Source: Mayamaea pseudoterrestris
Taxonomy: Eukaryota
Reading direction: 5' to 3'
Assembly (NCBI GenBank): GCA_027923505.1
Contig: BROI01000017.1
Location: 434,001 to 498,000 of the forward strand
DNA length: 64,000 bases
In this document: positions 1 to 10,531 of the stretch, piece after piece
Numbering within the stretch: position 1 is the stretch's first letter
Layout: the number at the start of each line of letters is the position of its first letter
Position numbers and translations under genes: made by a program
Notes under the pieces: model-generated
The model's input: the letters and a program-made list of their open reading frames with translations, nothing else
Database searches by the model: none
What the model was told of the DNA's origin: nothing

Positions 1-1028
1 GTAGGAAGAGTTGATTGTTGACATGACGACGCTAGTTTCTGTTGTAAAGGAACTCTAATTGAAGAGTAACTTGGCTTTGGCTTGTATACTATGATCCTTG
101 CAGCTTTTGTGGAATGAACGTCGAAGTGTGATGCTTGCCTTGCTGCGAATGCAATCCTTCCAAGGTCATTTTCCGGTCACGCTCAGCGCGCCATTCTTAA
201 GTAGAAGCGAGACGGTCATTAATCGTGTTTTATAAATGACTGACTTTGAAAATGCTCAGACTTACAGTTAGCTATCGTTTGTGCGCTGCATTCGCTTGCT
301 TGTCCTCCTTTCTGTAACAAACTCACGTATATAAAAGCGCAAAGACAAACTCGGGGGTTGAACTTGCGTGGAAAGTGTACACTATCGGTAGTTATTTCTA
401 ATAGGCTTGCAACTGCAAATTGCTGGCTGCAATGGTCGCCTGAATTTAAAGACTACCATATTTTTTATGTTCCTACTTCTTATACATCCTCCAGACTTGC
501 GTTTGCAACAACAGGCAAAAATTGGCTGAGCGAAGGGCCTCCTGCAGGTACTTCAAGCCAGACTGGCTTGCCTAGCAACTTTGATAGCAAAAGCAGTGAT
601 ATAGCTGCAGCTATATTCGTTTAAACATAAGCCACAACCCACATATTGCATGACCAATGCTGAAACATTTCGCCGTATCGGTTGGGTAGCTAAAGGTGTG
701 ACAGTCGACTACGGTAGCCTCCCAGCTCCAGCAACCTCCAATGGACGAAGCCAATGCAGCCACTGGCAATGCAATGATGCGCGCCAAGGTATTCGACGCC
801 AGCCGATCCATGAAATTCAAATACATAGACAACGGCAATGTCAGTTTGCGTCTTGACGTTTCGTATTTAGACAGCGTGACGAACCATCCAAGCGTGACAG
901 TCACGTTACCTCCAATGTCGGTTCGTCCTGATTTTCGCTGGGAACGATTTGCATTGTCACACTTTCTCTCCTGCATTGTGTTTTTTTGCCTCCACCAACC
1001 TTGGATCATCCATTCATCCATTACAGAC

Positions 1029-1724
1029 ATGACCATGACCAACACTTCTCCAGAAGCAGAAGACGACCGCATTCAACGCAAGCGCCATGCCGCCAAGCTC
1101 CGTCAACGTCGCTGCCGCGAAAAGAAGCGACTCATGGCCACCAACAAAGCAACGCCCATGGTTGCGACGGCCGTGTCGCGCCGCAAGAGTCTTCGCACGG
1201 TGGAAGCAGTGTCGTCGTCGTCATCGCCAACGACTGCAACCATGGATCCCTACGATCATCATCATCACCACCAAGCCATGTATCAGCAGCAGCAGTTTCA
1301 TGAGCACGAATGGAATCTTCATCACCACCAGCAGCCTCACTACATTCACCCCAACTACACCATGACATTTTTGCCGCATCCCCGCCGCTTGGAGATTCCC
1401 GACGCTGCGCGTTGGTCGTCTCCAATGCTCGTTAGCGACAACGATGACAGCGTCATTGAAGCAAGCATTGGATGCAGTCGCCGATCGTCACTGTCATCGT
1501 CCAATGACACTGAATCATCGAATACACCAACCTCAGTCTTGGATACGCATGAGGAAGCTGCCATTCGCGCCATGCTGTCGCTGTCGTCAAGCAGTAGTAT
1601 TCACTCGGATGCAGACTCGGCTGCCAGTGACGAAAGTGTGCAAGGTGGTGGTAGCGATGCAACCGAGTGGACAACAACGAATTTGCCATGCGACTCTCCA
1701 GTCCATGAAACGCTGGCACTATAA
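1029..1724 (+). CDS. Putative transcription factor with a bZIP-like basic region, His/Gln-rich and Ser-rich tail
   Basis: Part of ORF 741..1724, with a likely start at ATG 1029. Basic segment RIQRKRHAAKLRQRRCREKKR resembles a bZIP basic region; no clear leucine zipper follows. Confidence 0.6.
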   Translation: MTMTNTSPEAEDDRIQRKRHAAKLRQRRCREKKRLMATNKATPMVATAVSRRKSLRTVEAVSSSSSPTTATMDPYDHHHHHQAMYQQQQFHEHEWNLHHHQQPHYIHPNYTMTFLPHPRRLEIPDAARWSSPMLVSDNDDSVIEASIGCSRRSSLSSSNDTESSNTPTSVLDTHEEAAIRAMLSLSSSSSIHSDADSAASDESVQGGGSDATEWTTTNLPCDSPVHETLAL

Positions 1725-2609
1725 GAATCAATGGAGTTCAATTCCTTCTTCGTGTGAAAAAAGGCTCTATAATTAAAGTGTACTCGTTGCTGGTTTCAGA
1801 TGCATGTCACCTGTGCTACCGCAACAGCGCAAGTTTGGCGTACCAAATGAGTCTACTCTTGTCCTTGCCTGCAAATGTGATTAACTAAACAGGTTTTTTA
1901 CTGTCCTCTATGTGTCTTTTGGCTATGGTATGGAACTGTATCGTAGTGCAGCTGGAGGCTGGCGTCAACAGCGATACGAGGCAGACTGAGGCTACCGGTA
2001 CACCGCCAATTTATCTATTCTGATAGCGATTGGACATTGGCATGATTATCTCGTATATGCCAATACAGTGCCGTAGATATCGCAGCCAGCTCCGGTAGTC
2101 TGACATATCGTAGTCCACCGCCATATATTCATACAGCTTGAAACTGATCCGATACATTGTTTCAGATCGAAATGATCCTATTGCTTGCTGTAATATAGGT
2201 AAACGCTGAATATACATTATTGTGGGTAACGTTGGTCAGAAGCGAAGTGGTATATTGTCGCCCGTTACACTGTTAACCAAGACGAGGCAAGGTGGATAGC
2301 TATCATCGCACCGGTAACAAGTTATCGTACCGGTACTAAAACGCACGGACGTCTTTGCGTGGACGACGACGATGCGCGAACGAGTTGATGGACCATGATC
2401 CTTGATGCATGTCAACACACATGACTGCACTAAGACACTCTCCATCACAGTGTAAACGAAACGCTGTGAAGCATTACTGGTTTTCTGGTCTAAGTAGTTA
2501 TCCCAAAAGAAGCTGTAGAGGAATTCTATTTGTGACAACGCGCACAAGCAAGCAGCCGCGTGCACTTCACTCTTAGGCTCTAGCCCTACAACCGTATACA
2601 CTAAACAAA

Positions 2610-4301
2610 ATGAGCCTGAATGGTATATCGAGGGCAAGATTACGGAGAAAGTCAAACCTATGCATGCATAAACAGGTTGAATCCAATTCTCTATCCGTTA
2701 TTTCAGCCGTCGTTAGGCTTTCATTACTTGTTTGCCTGATGTTTTTGCAACAATCATCATGCTGTCACGCCTTTGTGGTACAAGATTTACTGATTGCAGA
2801 TGTTTCGAATCAGAAGCGAGTGAGACGAAAAGGCTACAGAGTAACAAGCATTCCCTACTTTACCTTTTTGGCGGCGGCTAGCCACGGCGACGACTTTGGA
2901 GAACCATCGACTCGCAATGCAACCTCCAATCCGTCACTGGATAGCAGTAGCAGCAAAACAGTTTCGTCGTCATCACCCGATGTTAATTTGCAACTTTTGC
3001 AGAAGCGCATGACGCAACTCGAGTCGCTGGTAGCGTCGCAGGCTGTGCGCATCAAGCGACTGCAGGATGAAACCAAGATGCTGCGCGATCAAACGGAAAC
3101 CTTTGCCCAAGTCATTCAAATGTTGCGGCAGGCTGGATTAAAAACAAATGACAATAATGATAACGACGATAAAGTTACAAATGATTCACATGAAGATGCA
3201 GCCGCTGCTGTGGAACGAACCGAAACAACCAAGCAGTTTCTCGAGTCGATTGACGATTCCGAAATCTTTGGCAAGGCACCCTCCTCGGTCATGGAGGCGG
3301 CCGACGCTGCCGGCGCCGCCATTCTCGCCGGCGTCCTGGCCGGAAAGAAGCGACTCTTGGTCGATGTGCGCGACGCCGAACTTCATGCTGACGTGGAAAC
3401 CTTGGTGCAGTTTATTGAATTGGCCATTTTGCCCGTGGCGGCGGGTTTGGAGGGAATGAATACCAAGCGGAATCGACTCAAGGTGGTGTTTCCAACGGTC
3501 AGTCAGCTACTGGAGTATCGAAAGCGCATGGCACTGTCTGCGCCGGAAGTTGTCGCGCTGAGTACTCTGGGATTTGATCCAGTGGAGCAGCGAGATAATT
3601 TGGTGGTGATTATTGCTCCATCACCGGATGACGAGGAAGGCTTGACTGCCATGAATGAGCTGCTAGAGCCGACGAGTATAGACTCGCAACATATTGATCA
3701 GCCACTTGTTGTCTTGAACCATCACATGGTTCCGCTCTCTGGACCGACTGCCAAGTATGAGGTGGCCTATCACCTTCGACTACTTTCGGTGCAATTTGTG
3801 TCTGGCGAGGACGTTCCCGACGAAGTTTCAGAAGCATTGCAACCACCCAGTTTGAATGAAACTAGCAATGCGACAACGACTACAGAAGCTGACATGTACG
3901 ATGCCGCCGTGGAAGCGGCCATGGAACATGCCAAGGCAGTCGGCGCCAGCCATGGAGTGACGCGAGCCATGGTGATTCGAGCGTTTCCTCAACCGTGGCA
4001 CGTATTTGTCGACTTATCACCGGATACGGACGCAGACTTTGAGGTGGCGGCGACCTTTGATGAGGAGCCGACGCAGGATGATGTGAATCGTGCCATTGTC
4101 GAGTGTCTGGAAGGCAGCGAGGAGGAGGATGAACTTGTTGCGCAGCAAATGCAGCAGGCGCTCGAGAATGGACAACTTGATAGAGTTACTGAAATGCTTG
4201 GAAGCATGGGACTGGACTTTTTTGACGAGTCGGGATCTGAAGAGGATGACGATGACGAGGAGGGCGAAACTTGGGATTTATACGGAGAAGACAGTGTTTG
4301 A
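2610..4301 (+). CDS. Plastid-targeted DUF1995 (LPA3-like) domain protein with an N-terminal coiled coil
   Basis: 563-aa ORF; alternative start at 2664. Hydrophobic signal ending CHA-FV (ASAF-like); motifs KRLLVDV, AYHLRLL and VIRAFPQPWHVFVD resemble DUF1995; acidic C-terminus. Confidence 0.65.
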   Translation: MSLNGISRARLRRKSNLCMHKQVESNSLSVISAVVRLSLLVCLMFLQQSSCCHAFVVQDLLIADVSNQKRVRRKGYRVTSIPYFTFLAAASHGDDFGEPSTRNATSNPSLDSSSSKTVSSSSPDVNLQLLQKRMTQLESLVASQAVRIKRLQDETKMLRDQTETFAQVIQMLRQAGLKTNDNNDNDDKVTNDSHEDAAAAVERTETTKQFLESIDDSEIFGKAPSSVMEAADAAGAAILAGVLAGKKRLLVDVRDAELHADVETLVQFIELAILPVAAGLEGMNTKRNRLKVVFPTVSQLLEYRKRMALSAPEVVALSTLGFDPVEQRDNLVVIIAPSPDDEEGLTAMNELLEPTSIDSQHIDQPLVVLNHHMVPLSGPTAKYEVAYHLRLLSVQFVSGEDVPDEVSEALQPPSLNETSNATTTTEADMYDAAVEAAMEHAKAVGASHGVTRAMVIRAFPQPWHVFVDLSPDTDADFEVAATFDEEPTQDDVNRAIVECLEGSEEEDELVAQQMQQALENGQLDRVTEMLGSMGLDFFDESGSEEDDDDEEGETWDLYGEDSV

Positions 4302-4394
4302 TCAAAAGCGCGTTTAAAATTTATATTGCAAAAGTAACAAAAGTCTTGAAAACGTGATAAAATGTGAGAGTCTGGCGCGAAGATGATACACCTG

Positions 4395-6261
4395 TTAAAC
4401 GTTGCTGTCCAGCTCGCCCTCGCCGTTTGACCTTGACTCTCTGGATCGAGAGAAGCGCGACGCCGATCGACGAGTAGATTTTGAAGCTACTGATCCTTCT
4501 CTTTTGCGAGGGCCAGTTCCAGACCCATCGGCGTTTGGTTCCTGGTATTGACGAAACTCGTTGATGATCCTTTCCTTCAATGCTTCGTGGTCTTCCTCTT
4601 GAGCGTGAGCATACGCTGCATCAAGACCAGCAAGCTCTTCGATAGTATGGACGCGCATCCATCCCATGTTGTTTAACACGAGGAAAAATGGGAACATCAA
4701 AAATGCAGTCCAAGACACAATAAAAACAATAGCTGTAATCTGGCATGCGAACAAGCTTGCGTCAAATTTAAGCTGTCCAATAGAGTAGAGAAGGCCGACG
4801 TGATTGGAATGTCCAAATGCTGCTTCCATCTTGCGTGGCGAGGAAAGTAAGCCGGCGACAATCAGTCCCCAGAAGCCGCCTCCGCCATGCACAGGAATTG
4901 CTAAACCAGATGTGAGTGCAAGCACATGCAACCATAAGCACAGCGACAGCTCCACTTACCATCCACAGCGTCGTCGATACGCAGACGAATGAGTAGCTTC
5001 GACAGTCCCAAGTAAACCCAGCCTGCGACCATTCCTGTAATGATAGCTGCCCAGGGCTCCAAAGTGGCACATCCGGCAGTGCTGTCACGGAGTGAGTGGA
5101 AATTGTACTAGTGTGAGCTAAATGTGAATGAAAGAAATCGCACGCAAGCACTTTTAAAAACATCAGTACTTACACAGCAGCGAGCCCAGTAAGAGTTCCA
5201 TTGATAGTCTTTGTAATATCAATGGAGATTTCTTCATTAAACATGTAGTTGAGCCACATGTTGAAACACAAGGTGCTAATGGCGGCCGCCCCACCCGCAA
5301 GGGCCGTGTTGCTCACGGCCGAGCTCGCAACCGCACTCGGACTGACTGCCGTTGTCAGTCGGACGGCCGGTCCCATGTTGAATCCCAGCCATCCGACCCA
5401 CAAGATGAGGCATCCCAATGTCTGCAACGAAATGGAATGTCCAGCAATATCGCGTGGACGATCCAACGGCTCACCTTTGGAGTTGTGGAAGCGACCTCTT
5501 CGAGCACCAAGAATCAACGTGGCAATGAGAGCCGTAGTGCCTCCCGTTAAATGGATGACCCCACTCCCAGAAAAGTCAAGCACTCCAATTCCAAGCAATG
5601 GGTCCTCAGCCGTCCGGCTCAAAAATCCATTGACTGACCAAATGCTGTGGACAATAATGGGATAGACAAAGGCAACCATGAACAGACTGTAAGCCACATA
5701 GGCGCTCATCCTGGAACGCTCCGCCAAGGTTCCTGCAATAATGGTGACGCAAGTAGCCGAAAAAGAGTATTCAAAGAACCAGTCCGTCAAGTTGATGTCT
5801 CCTGTCATGAAAAAGTTTTGCGTGCCGGCAAAGGTTTTGCCGTTGGATACATCTCCACCTCCATAGGCAAAGGCGAAACCAAACGTGTACCACGCAATGG
5901 CTGCGCCGCAGGCATCCAGCAAGTTCTTGAGGAGAGTATTGGAAACATTCTTGCGTCTCACGCATCCTGCACAAAGCATGGCAAATCCGACCTGTCAAAC
6001 GGCAAACGGGAAAGAATGCATCTGGTGAGCCTATTGATACCAAGCTACCGGTAGTCAACTCAAGCATACGACACGAGCACATACCTGCATCATAAAGACT
6101 AAAAACCCGCATATCAATACAATAAAGTTTTTGATTTCCGTCTCGTTGGTCATTTGCTTGGTTTCCAAGCCGCTGGTCACGCATCGCATGACGTTCGTGA
6201 CATTGCGCGCGCCGTACTCCTCGAGGCACTGGCTGAAAAGCACCGATCCAGTCTCCTCCAT
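4395..6261 (-). CDS. AMT1: Ammonium transporter (AMT1 family), 4 exons: 6261-6085, 5991-5174, 5081-4960, 4900-4395
   Basis: Splicing three GT-AG introns (93, 92 and 59 bp) restores FMMQVGFAML, GLAAVTAGCA and IDDAVDAIPVHG. Also DFSGSGVIHLTGG and WVGWLGFN; both pore histidines are present. Confidence 0.95.
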
Positions 6262-6685
6262 GCTAATGATGAATGAAGGCTTGTCTCAATTCAGAAACCG
6301 TGGGATCAGAGTGGAGACTGATGGTGGAGGAAAAGGAGATGGTATGATGGCATCTCGCACGAATTGGAGGGTGACGGATCATTGAAATGACCCAAGTCAC
6401 AGTCGAAAAACGTCAAAAGACACTTTCGAAGCAAAAGGGCTATTCCAACTTCAATGGAAACGCAAGTACGTTCGGATGAAACACGGACAAAATGACCATG
6501 ACAAGCTTACGTTTCTGTCGTCACAAACTCATAATTCAGGCTGCACTCGTCAATTGCCATATGACATGCCGTGTCTACACGCAAATCACACAAGAATGGT
6601 GCCAACATCATTATTCGTAATGTGCTACAAGATGGTAACCATAGGCTGCAATGTGACTGATGAGAACTTATAGGTGAAAAAGCAA

Positions 6686-7501
6686 CTAACCACCATCATT
6701 GTCGTCGCAAGACGATCTGAATACCGAAGCAAGCACGAACCCAACCATGTCCCATTCTGATTCATAGAATGGGAAGCACATTAAGAGAAAGAAAGCTGTT
6801 GATTCGTCCATTTTACCGCCGTACGCCTTTATTAAATCGGCTAACACTTCAGGATCCATTCCTGCCATATATCGATCGCAGTCCATCTCCTCCACGCTAT
6901 CTTCACCACCAGCTTGTGTACCACCTATCTTGGCTCGTTTCTGTTCATGTTCCAAATCTTTAGTGTCGTCATGCACATCTGCGTCACTTTCAATATCTGA
7001 CCATCCATTTTCTTCGTCCTCCATGTCAATTGCCGGTCTTTGTGATGGATGTCTACCTGCTGCCATGACTTGTACCCAGAGCAATTTTCGATTGCTTTCG
7101 CATAAATTTGTTGAAAGGTCAATGGAGTATGTCAGCAATGTGCCTAGTTCGTCTGTCGCTTCCCGCTCGAACAGAAAATTAAGCTTAGATGTCGACGGCG
7201 TTGATGCCGCTCCGCCTTTTCGAACATCTATTTCCACTTGCGCCTGTATTCTGACATAGTCGTGTCTTGTTCTGACGCAGTCATAGTCGATGACCTGTAT
7301 ACTTTTGCTTATCAGTTCAATATCCAAGTCTTGAAAGGCACGAAAGGGATCTTCGAATAACTTTTGTCGAACGCGTTCAGTTTGATAAAGTAGCTCCGCT
7401 TGCTCCTTTGCTGCTCGATAAACGTCTACTGCCAATTGACTTGACGAAGCACTTGCTAATGCAATTAGTTGCTCATTAACTTTGGACGACAGGGATGACA
7501 T
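6686..7501 (-). CDS. Hypothetical protein
   Basis: Single long ORF between two genes (ATG at 7501) with protein-like composition; no recognised domain. Confidence 0.6.
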   Translation of the reverse strand: MSSLSSKVNEQLIALASASSSQLAVDVYRAAKEQAELLYQTERVRQKLFEDPFRAFQDLDIELISKSIQVIDYDCVRTRHDYVRIQAQVEIDVRKGGAASTPSTSKLNFLFEREATDELGTLLTYSIDLSTNLCESNRKLLWVQVMAAGRHPSQRPAIDMEDEENGWSDIESDADVHDDTKDLEHEQKRAKIGGTQAGGEDSVEEMDCDRYMAGMDPEVLADLIKAYGGKMDESTAFFLLMCFPFYESEWDMVGFVLASVFRSSCDDNDGG

Positions 7502-7786
7502 GGGAGGCCAAACGGGCAAGCTTGCAAAGCGATAAAGTAAGTTTCAAAACTTGGGTGTCGGAAATGAATGGCTTGCAGTGCCAAAAGAATTCACAAAACA
7601 GCTATTCGGAACTTTCGACAATTCTATTATATTGCCCCTGTGGAGGACGTTTGTCACGATCAAATCAAACACAGTAATTATAGTATCTAAACGGGCAATC
7701 AGGAAGAAGTAGCACATTGTTTACGGCAAAATTTTAGTATTTTAGTAGGTTGACAAGACTTCAGTGTATTTGTAGCAACACTTTGG

Positions 7787-9139
7787 TTATTGCTCCGCAA
7801 ACGGCGTCCGCGAGAAATGAATATTTCTCCATCCCTTAATTCCCTGATGAGACCAGATTCGCTTCTCGCGCATCCGCACACCCTGTATTACTCGCTCGTA
7901 GCCAACAGCAACTTGCTTGCCCGAAATGACGTCTAGTTGCGCCTTGACAATGCTTCCAATTGCCACTGGTTCGCCTTCCTGCTCGCGCATAACGTTCACT
8001 GGACTCTTTAAGTCAAACCATTGGTCGTCGCACAAGGCTTGGTAGCGAGCAACGTCGCCCGACTGCACGGCATCGAGCAGCGCAGCATTCGCCGTCAAAA
8101 CGTCGTGCTTGATCAACTGGTTCAACGCCTGCTGACTCGCTACCCAAACGTCGGCGAGCGGACAGTCGCCGCAAATATCCACAACCGTCCATGGACAATC
8201 TTTCGTCTTGGAAATTTGCTTCAGCGAGTTAATGACTGGCGTTGTTTCGGTAGCAAACGTGTTGAAGCGCTTTTTGACGCTGCTCAAGTTGTCATCGGCG
8301 CGACCAGAATCCTTGCCACGCTTTAAAATACGTTGCTCCAACACATTTAGCGGACACGTATACACCAAGACTGACCAAAGGACGGCGACATCTTGCATGA
8401 CAGTAATCCATCCCTTCAAGTTGTCAAAGTTTCGTGGAAAGCCATCAACTAGAAACAAAATATCATTTCCCAATTCCAGCGCCTTTTCCTGCATGGCTTG
8501 CTGCAACAAACCCAGCGACACTTGAACGGGAACAATGCTTCCATGCACCAACGCATCGTCCAAAATTTCCTTGTAAACACTCGGAGGATCCGTCTTGGCT
8601 TGCTCCCGCCGCAGCAAGTCGCCGACGGAAAAGTGAACGACTGGAAAATGTTCCGACATGAGCGCCGACTGCGTGCCCTTGCCGGCGCCGGGGCCGCCGA
8701 GTATAAAGATGACTTTGAATATATTTGTTTTTGATGCAAGTGCAGCAGAATCATCTTGCGCTGTTGCTAATTGTTTCTCTTGTCGTGAGGAAGGCACTTT
8801 CGTTTCTTGGTACAGAATTCCACCGAATTCCTTGACTGGAAACTGAGGTCTGGATAGGAGAGCGACAATCTCCGGCTCTAAAACGCCAAAAGCTTCATTA
8901 TTAACATGTATGGAAGATGTAGACGAAGATATCGATGCATAAAGTGCGCTGCTGCTTGGAGTAGCTGGTTGATGGCGACTGTCCGATGTCAAAGCTGCCC
9001 CTCCTCGATAGGCAAAAATGTGATTGCTGCTTCGTTGGATCGCCTGACGCGAGCGAAGAGGAAGATTCTTAGACACCCAAGCTCTACTAGACGCCACAAA
9101 CATGGAAGCGAGCATAGGTATTGCCCGAGCGATTCTCAT
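7787..9139 (-). CDS. UMP-CMP kinase (adenylate kinase family) with a targeting peptide and a C-terminal CaMKII-association/NTF2-like domain
   Basis: Motifs VIFILGGPGAGKGTQS, HFSVGDLLRRE, FLVDGFPRNFDN and RGKDSGRADDN. N-terminus MRIARAIPMLASMFVASSRA-W looks like a signal peptide with an ASAF-like W. Confidence 0.88.
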   Translation of the reverse strand: MRIARAIPMLASMFVASSRAWVSKNLPLRSRQAIQRSSNHIFAYRGGAALTSDSRHQPATPSSSALYASISSSTSSIHVNNEAFGVLEPEIVALLSRPQFPVKEFGGILYQETKVPSSRQEKQLATAQDDSAALASKTNIFKVIFILGGPGAGKGTQSALMSEHFPVVHFSVGDLLRREQAKTDPPSVYKEILDDALVHGSIVPVQVSLGLLQQAMQEKALELGNDILFLVDGFPRNFDNLKGWITVMQDVAVLWSVLVYTCPLNVLEQRILKRGKDSGRADDNLSSVKKRFNTFATETTPVINSLKQISKTKDCPWTVVDICGDCPLADVWVASQQALNQLIKHDVLTANAALLDAVQSGDVARYQALCDDQWFDLKSPVNVMREQEGEPVAIGSIVKAQLDVISGKQVAVGYERVIQGVRMREKRIWSHQGIKGWRNIHFSRTPFAEQ

Positions 9140-9381
9140 GGTGGAAGGATTGATTGCTGGTTCAAGAATGATCGTGATGTTTGCGTTGTTGGTGGCTCGC
9201 AAGTCGCAGAGCAACTCAGCTTAGTACCGATGCGATAAATATCGTTCACTATGAGTGAGTAACGCTGCGATGCGATTCGATGCGTGACCTTCGCGCGGAA
9301 ACGCGAATGTTCCGCTGATCGTTTCCGACGTTCCTGGATCTCTTTCGCAAGCTGCAGTTTCTTCACCTCGCTCAAGTCACC

Positions 9382-10308
9382 ATGATGATGATCCGCAACC
9401 TCTTCTTCCTAGCTTGTGTCTCCTTGTGCGTCTTACCAATCATGGCGTACGCCAATCCGCATCCCCACCGCGGCAAGCTTCGCCCTTTTGCCATAAGTGA
9501 GTCATCAAGTGGAACCATTGACGCGAAGGGCGTCATTCTGAACGAATCAGTTTTGAAGCAAGGGCTTCCATGCTTCACAACAACCACTAGTCTCGAGGAA
9601 GAAGGCCGTCCGATGGTTGTTCAAGACATTCATGCACCCGTCAGTGTCGTTTGGAACCGCATCCTCGACTTTAGCTCCTACTCTTCCATGGTGCCAAACA
9701 CTGTTGAGTCGACGGTGTACAAGCGCGAAAGCCTTGAGCATCATGACAATCTCGTTCCGCCGCCGCGCGAGCGTACCTTTGTCCGCCTCCGAATGGGACT
9801 ACCAATGCTGCACAAGAAGATTCAGTTTCACATTAATCATTTGCATGACGTTCCTCGCAAGATTGTCACTTGGACGTTGGACTATGATCAGGCGAGCGAC
9901 ATTGATGACACTGTTGGCATGTGGCATGTTGTGCCGCATCCGGAGCGTCCCAAGGAATGGAGTCGCGTCTTTTATAGTGTCGAGATGCGCATGTTTTCGT
10001 GGGTACCAAAGATGGTGACGAACAAGTTGGTCAAGCCGGAAAAGGTGTTGACGGATGCCGTCACGTGGGTCAAGGCGGCGAGCTTGGCGAAAGTTGCACT
10101 GGGAGAGGGTCGCAGTGACGAGCAGATGAAGGAAGGTTTGGTGAAGGAAAGTGTGCCATCTGGCGAGCGAGTTCCGGTGAGTTTCGAATCGTCTCAAGCA
10201 ATTGCTTTACGCCCCATGTTTGGGCGCTTGAAACTGGCCCTTGTACGGTCTCTTGTGGTGCTTGTTGCTTACATGATATTCACTCGCTTATTGACAAAGA
10301 TGTGGTAA
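9382..10308 (+). CDS. Secreted or membrane START/SRPBCC (polyketide cyclase-like) domain protein
   Basis: Signal peptide; motifs DIHAPVSVVWNRILDFSSYSSMVP and WTLDY...DIDDTVGMWHV; C-terminal hydrophobic helix. Confidence 0.75.
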   Translation: MMMIRNLFFLACVSLCVLPIMAYANPHPHRGKLRPFAISESSSGTIDAKGVILNESVLKQGLPCFTTTTSLEEEGRPMVVQDIHAPVSVVWNRILDFSSYSSMVPNTVESTVYKRESLEHHDNLVPPPRERTFVRLRMGLPMLHKKIQFHINHLHDVPRKIVTWTLDYDQASDIDDTVGMWHVVPHPERPKEWSRVFYSVEMRMFSWVPKMVTNKLVKPEKVLTDAVTWVKAASLAKVALGEGRSDEQMKEGLVKESVPSGERVPVSFESSQAIALRPMFGRLKLALVRSLVVLVAYMIFTRLLTKMW

Positions 10309-10531
10309 ATTGAGAAAGAGGCGACTTGGATCGACATTGTTATATAACGCTTGGATGTTGTCCAAGCTGCTTTACCTGGCAGCGACGATGGACTCATACA
10401 ACGCCACGAGGCAATCATGACGATACATATATAGCTCAGTGGAACAAGTAAATTAAATAGAATATAGTTGGAGTATGTGTTTGTATACAAGGAAAAACGA
10501 ACCATTATGAAGTACGTAACCTTCGTCGCAT

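Noticed and set aside
741..1028. N-terminal extension of the first long ORF
   Set aside because: It reads through promoter/UTR-like sequence (TGACG motifs, T-tract); ATG 1029 is the more plausible start.
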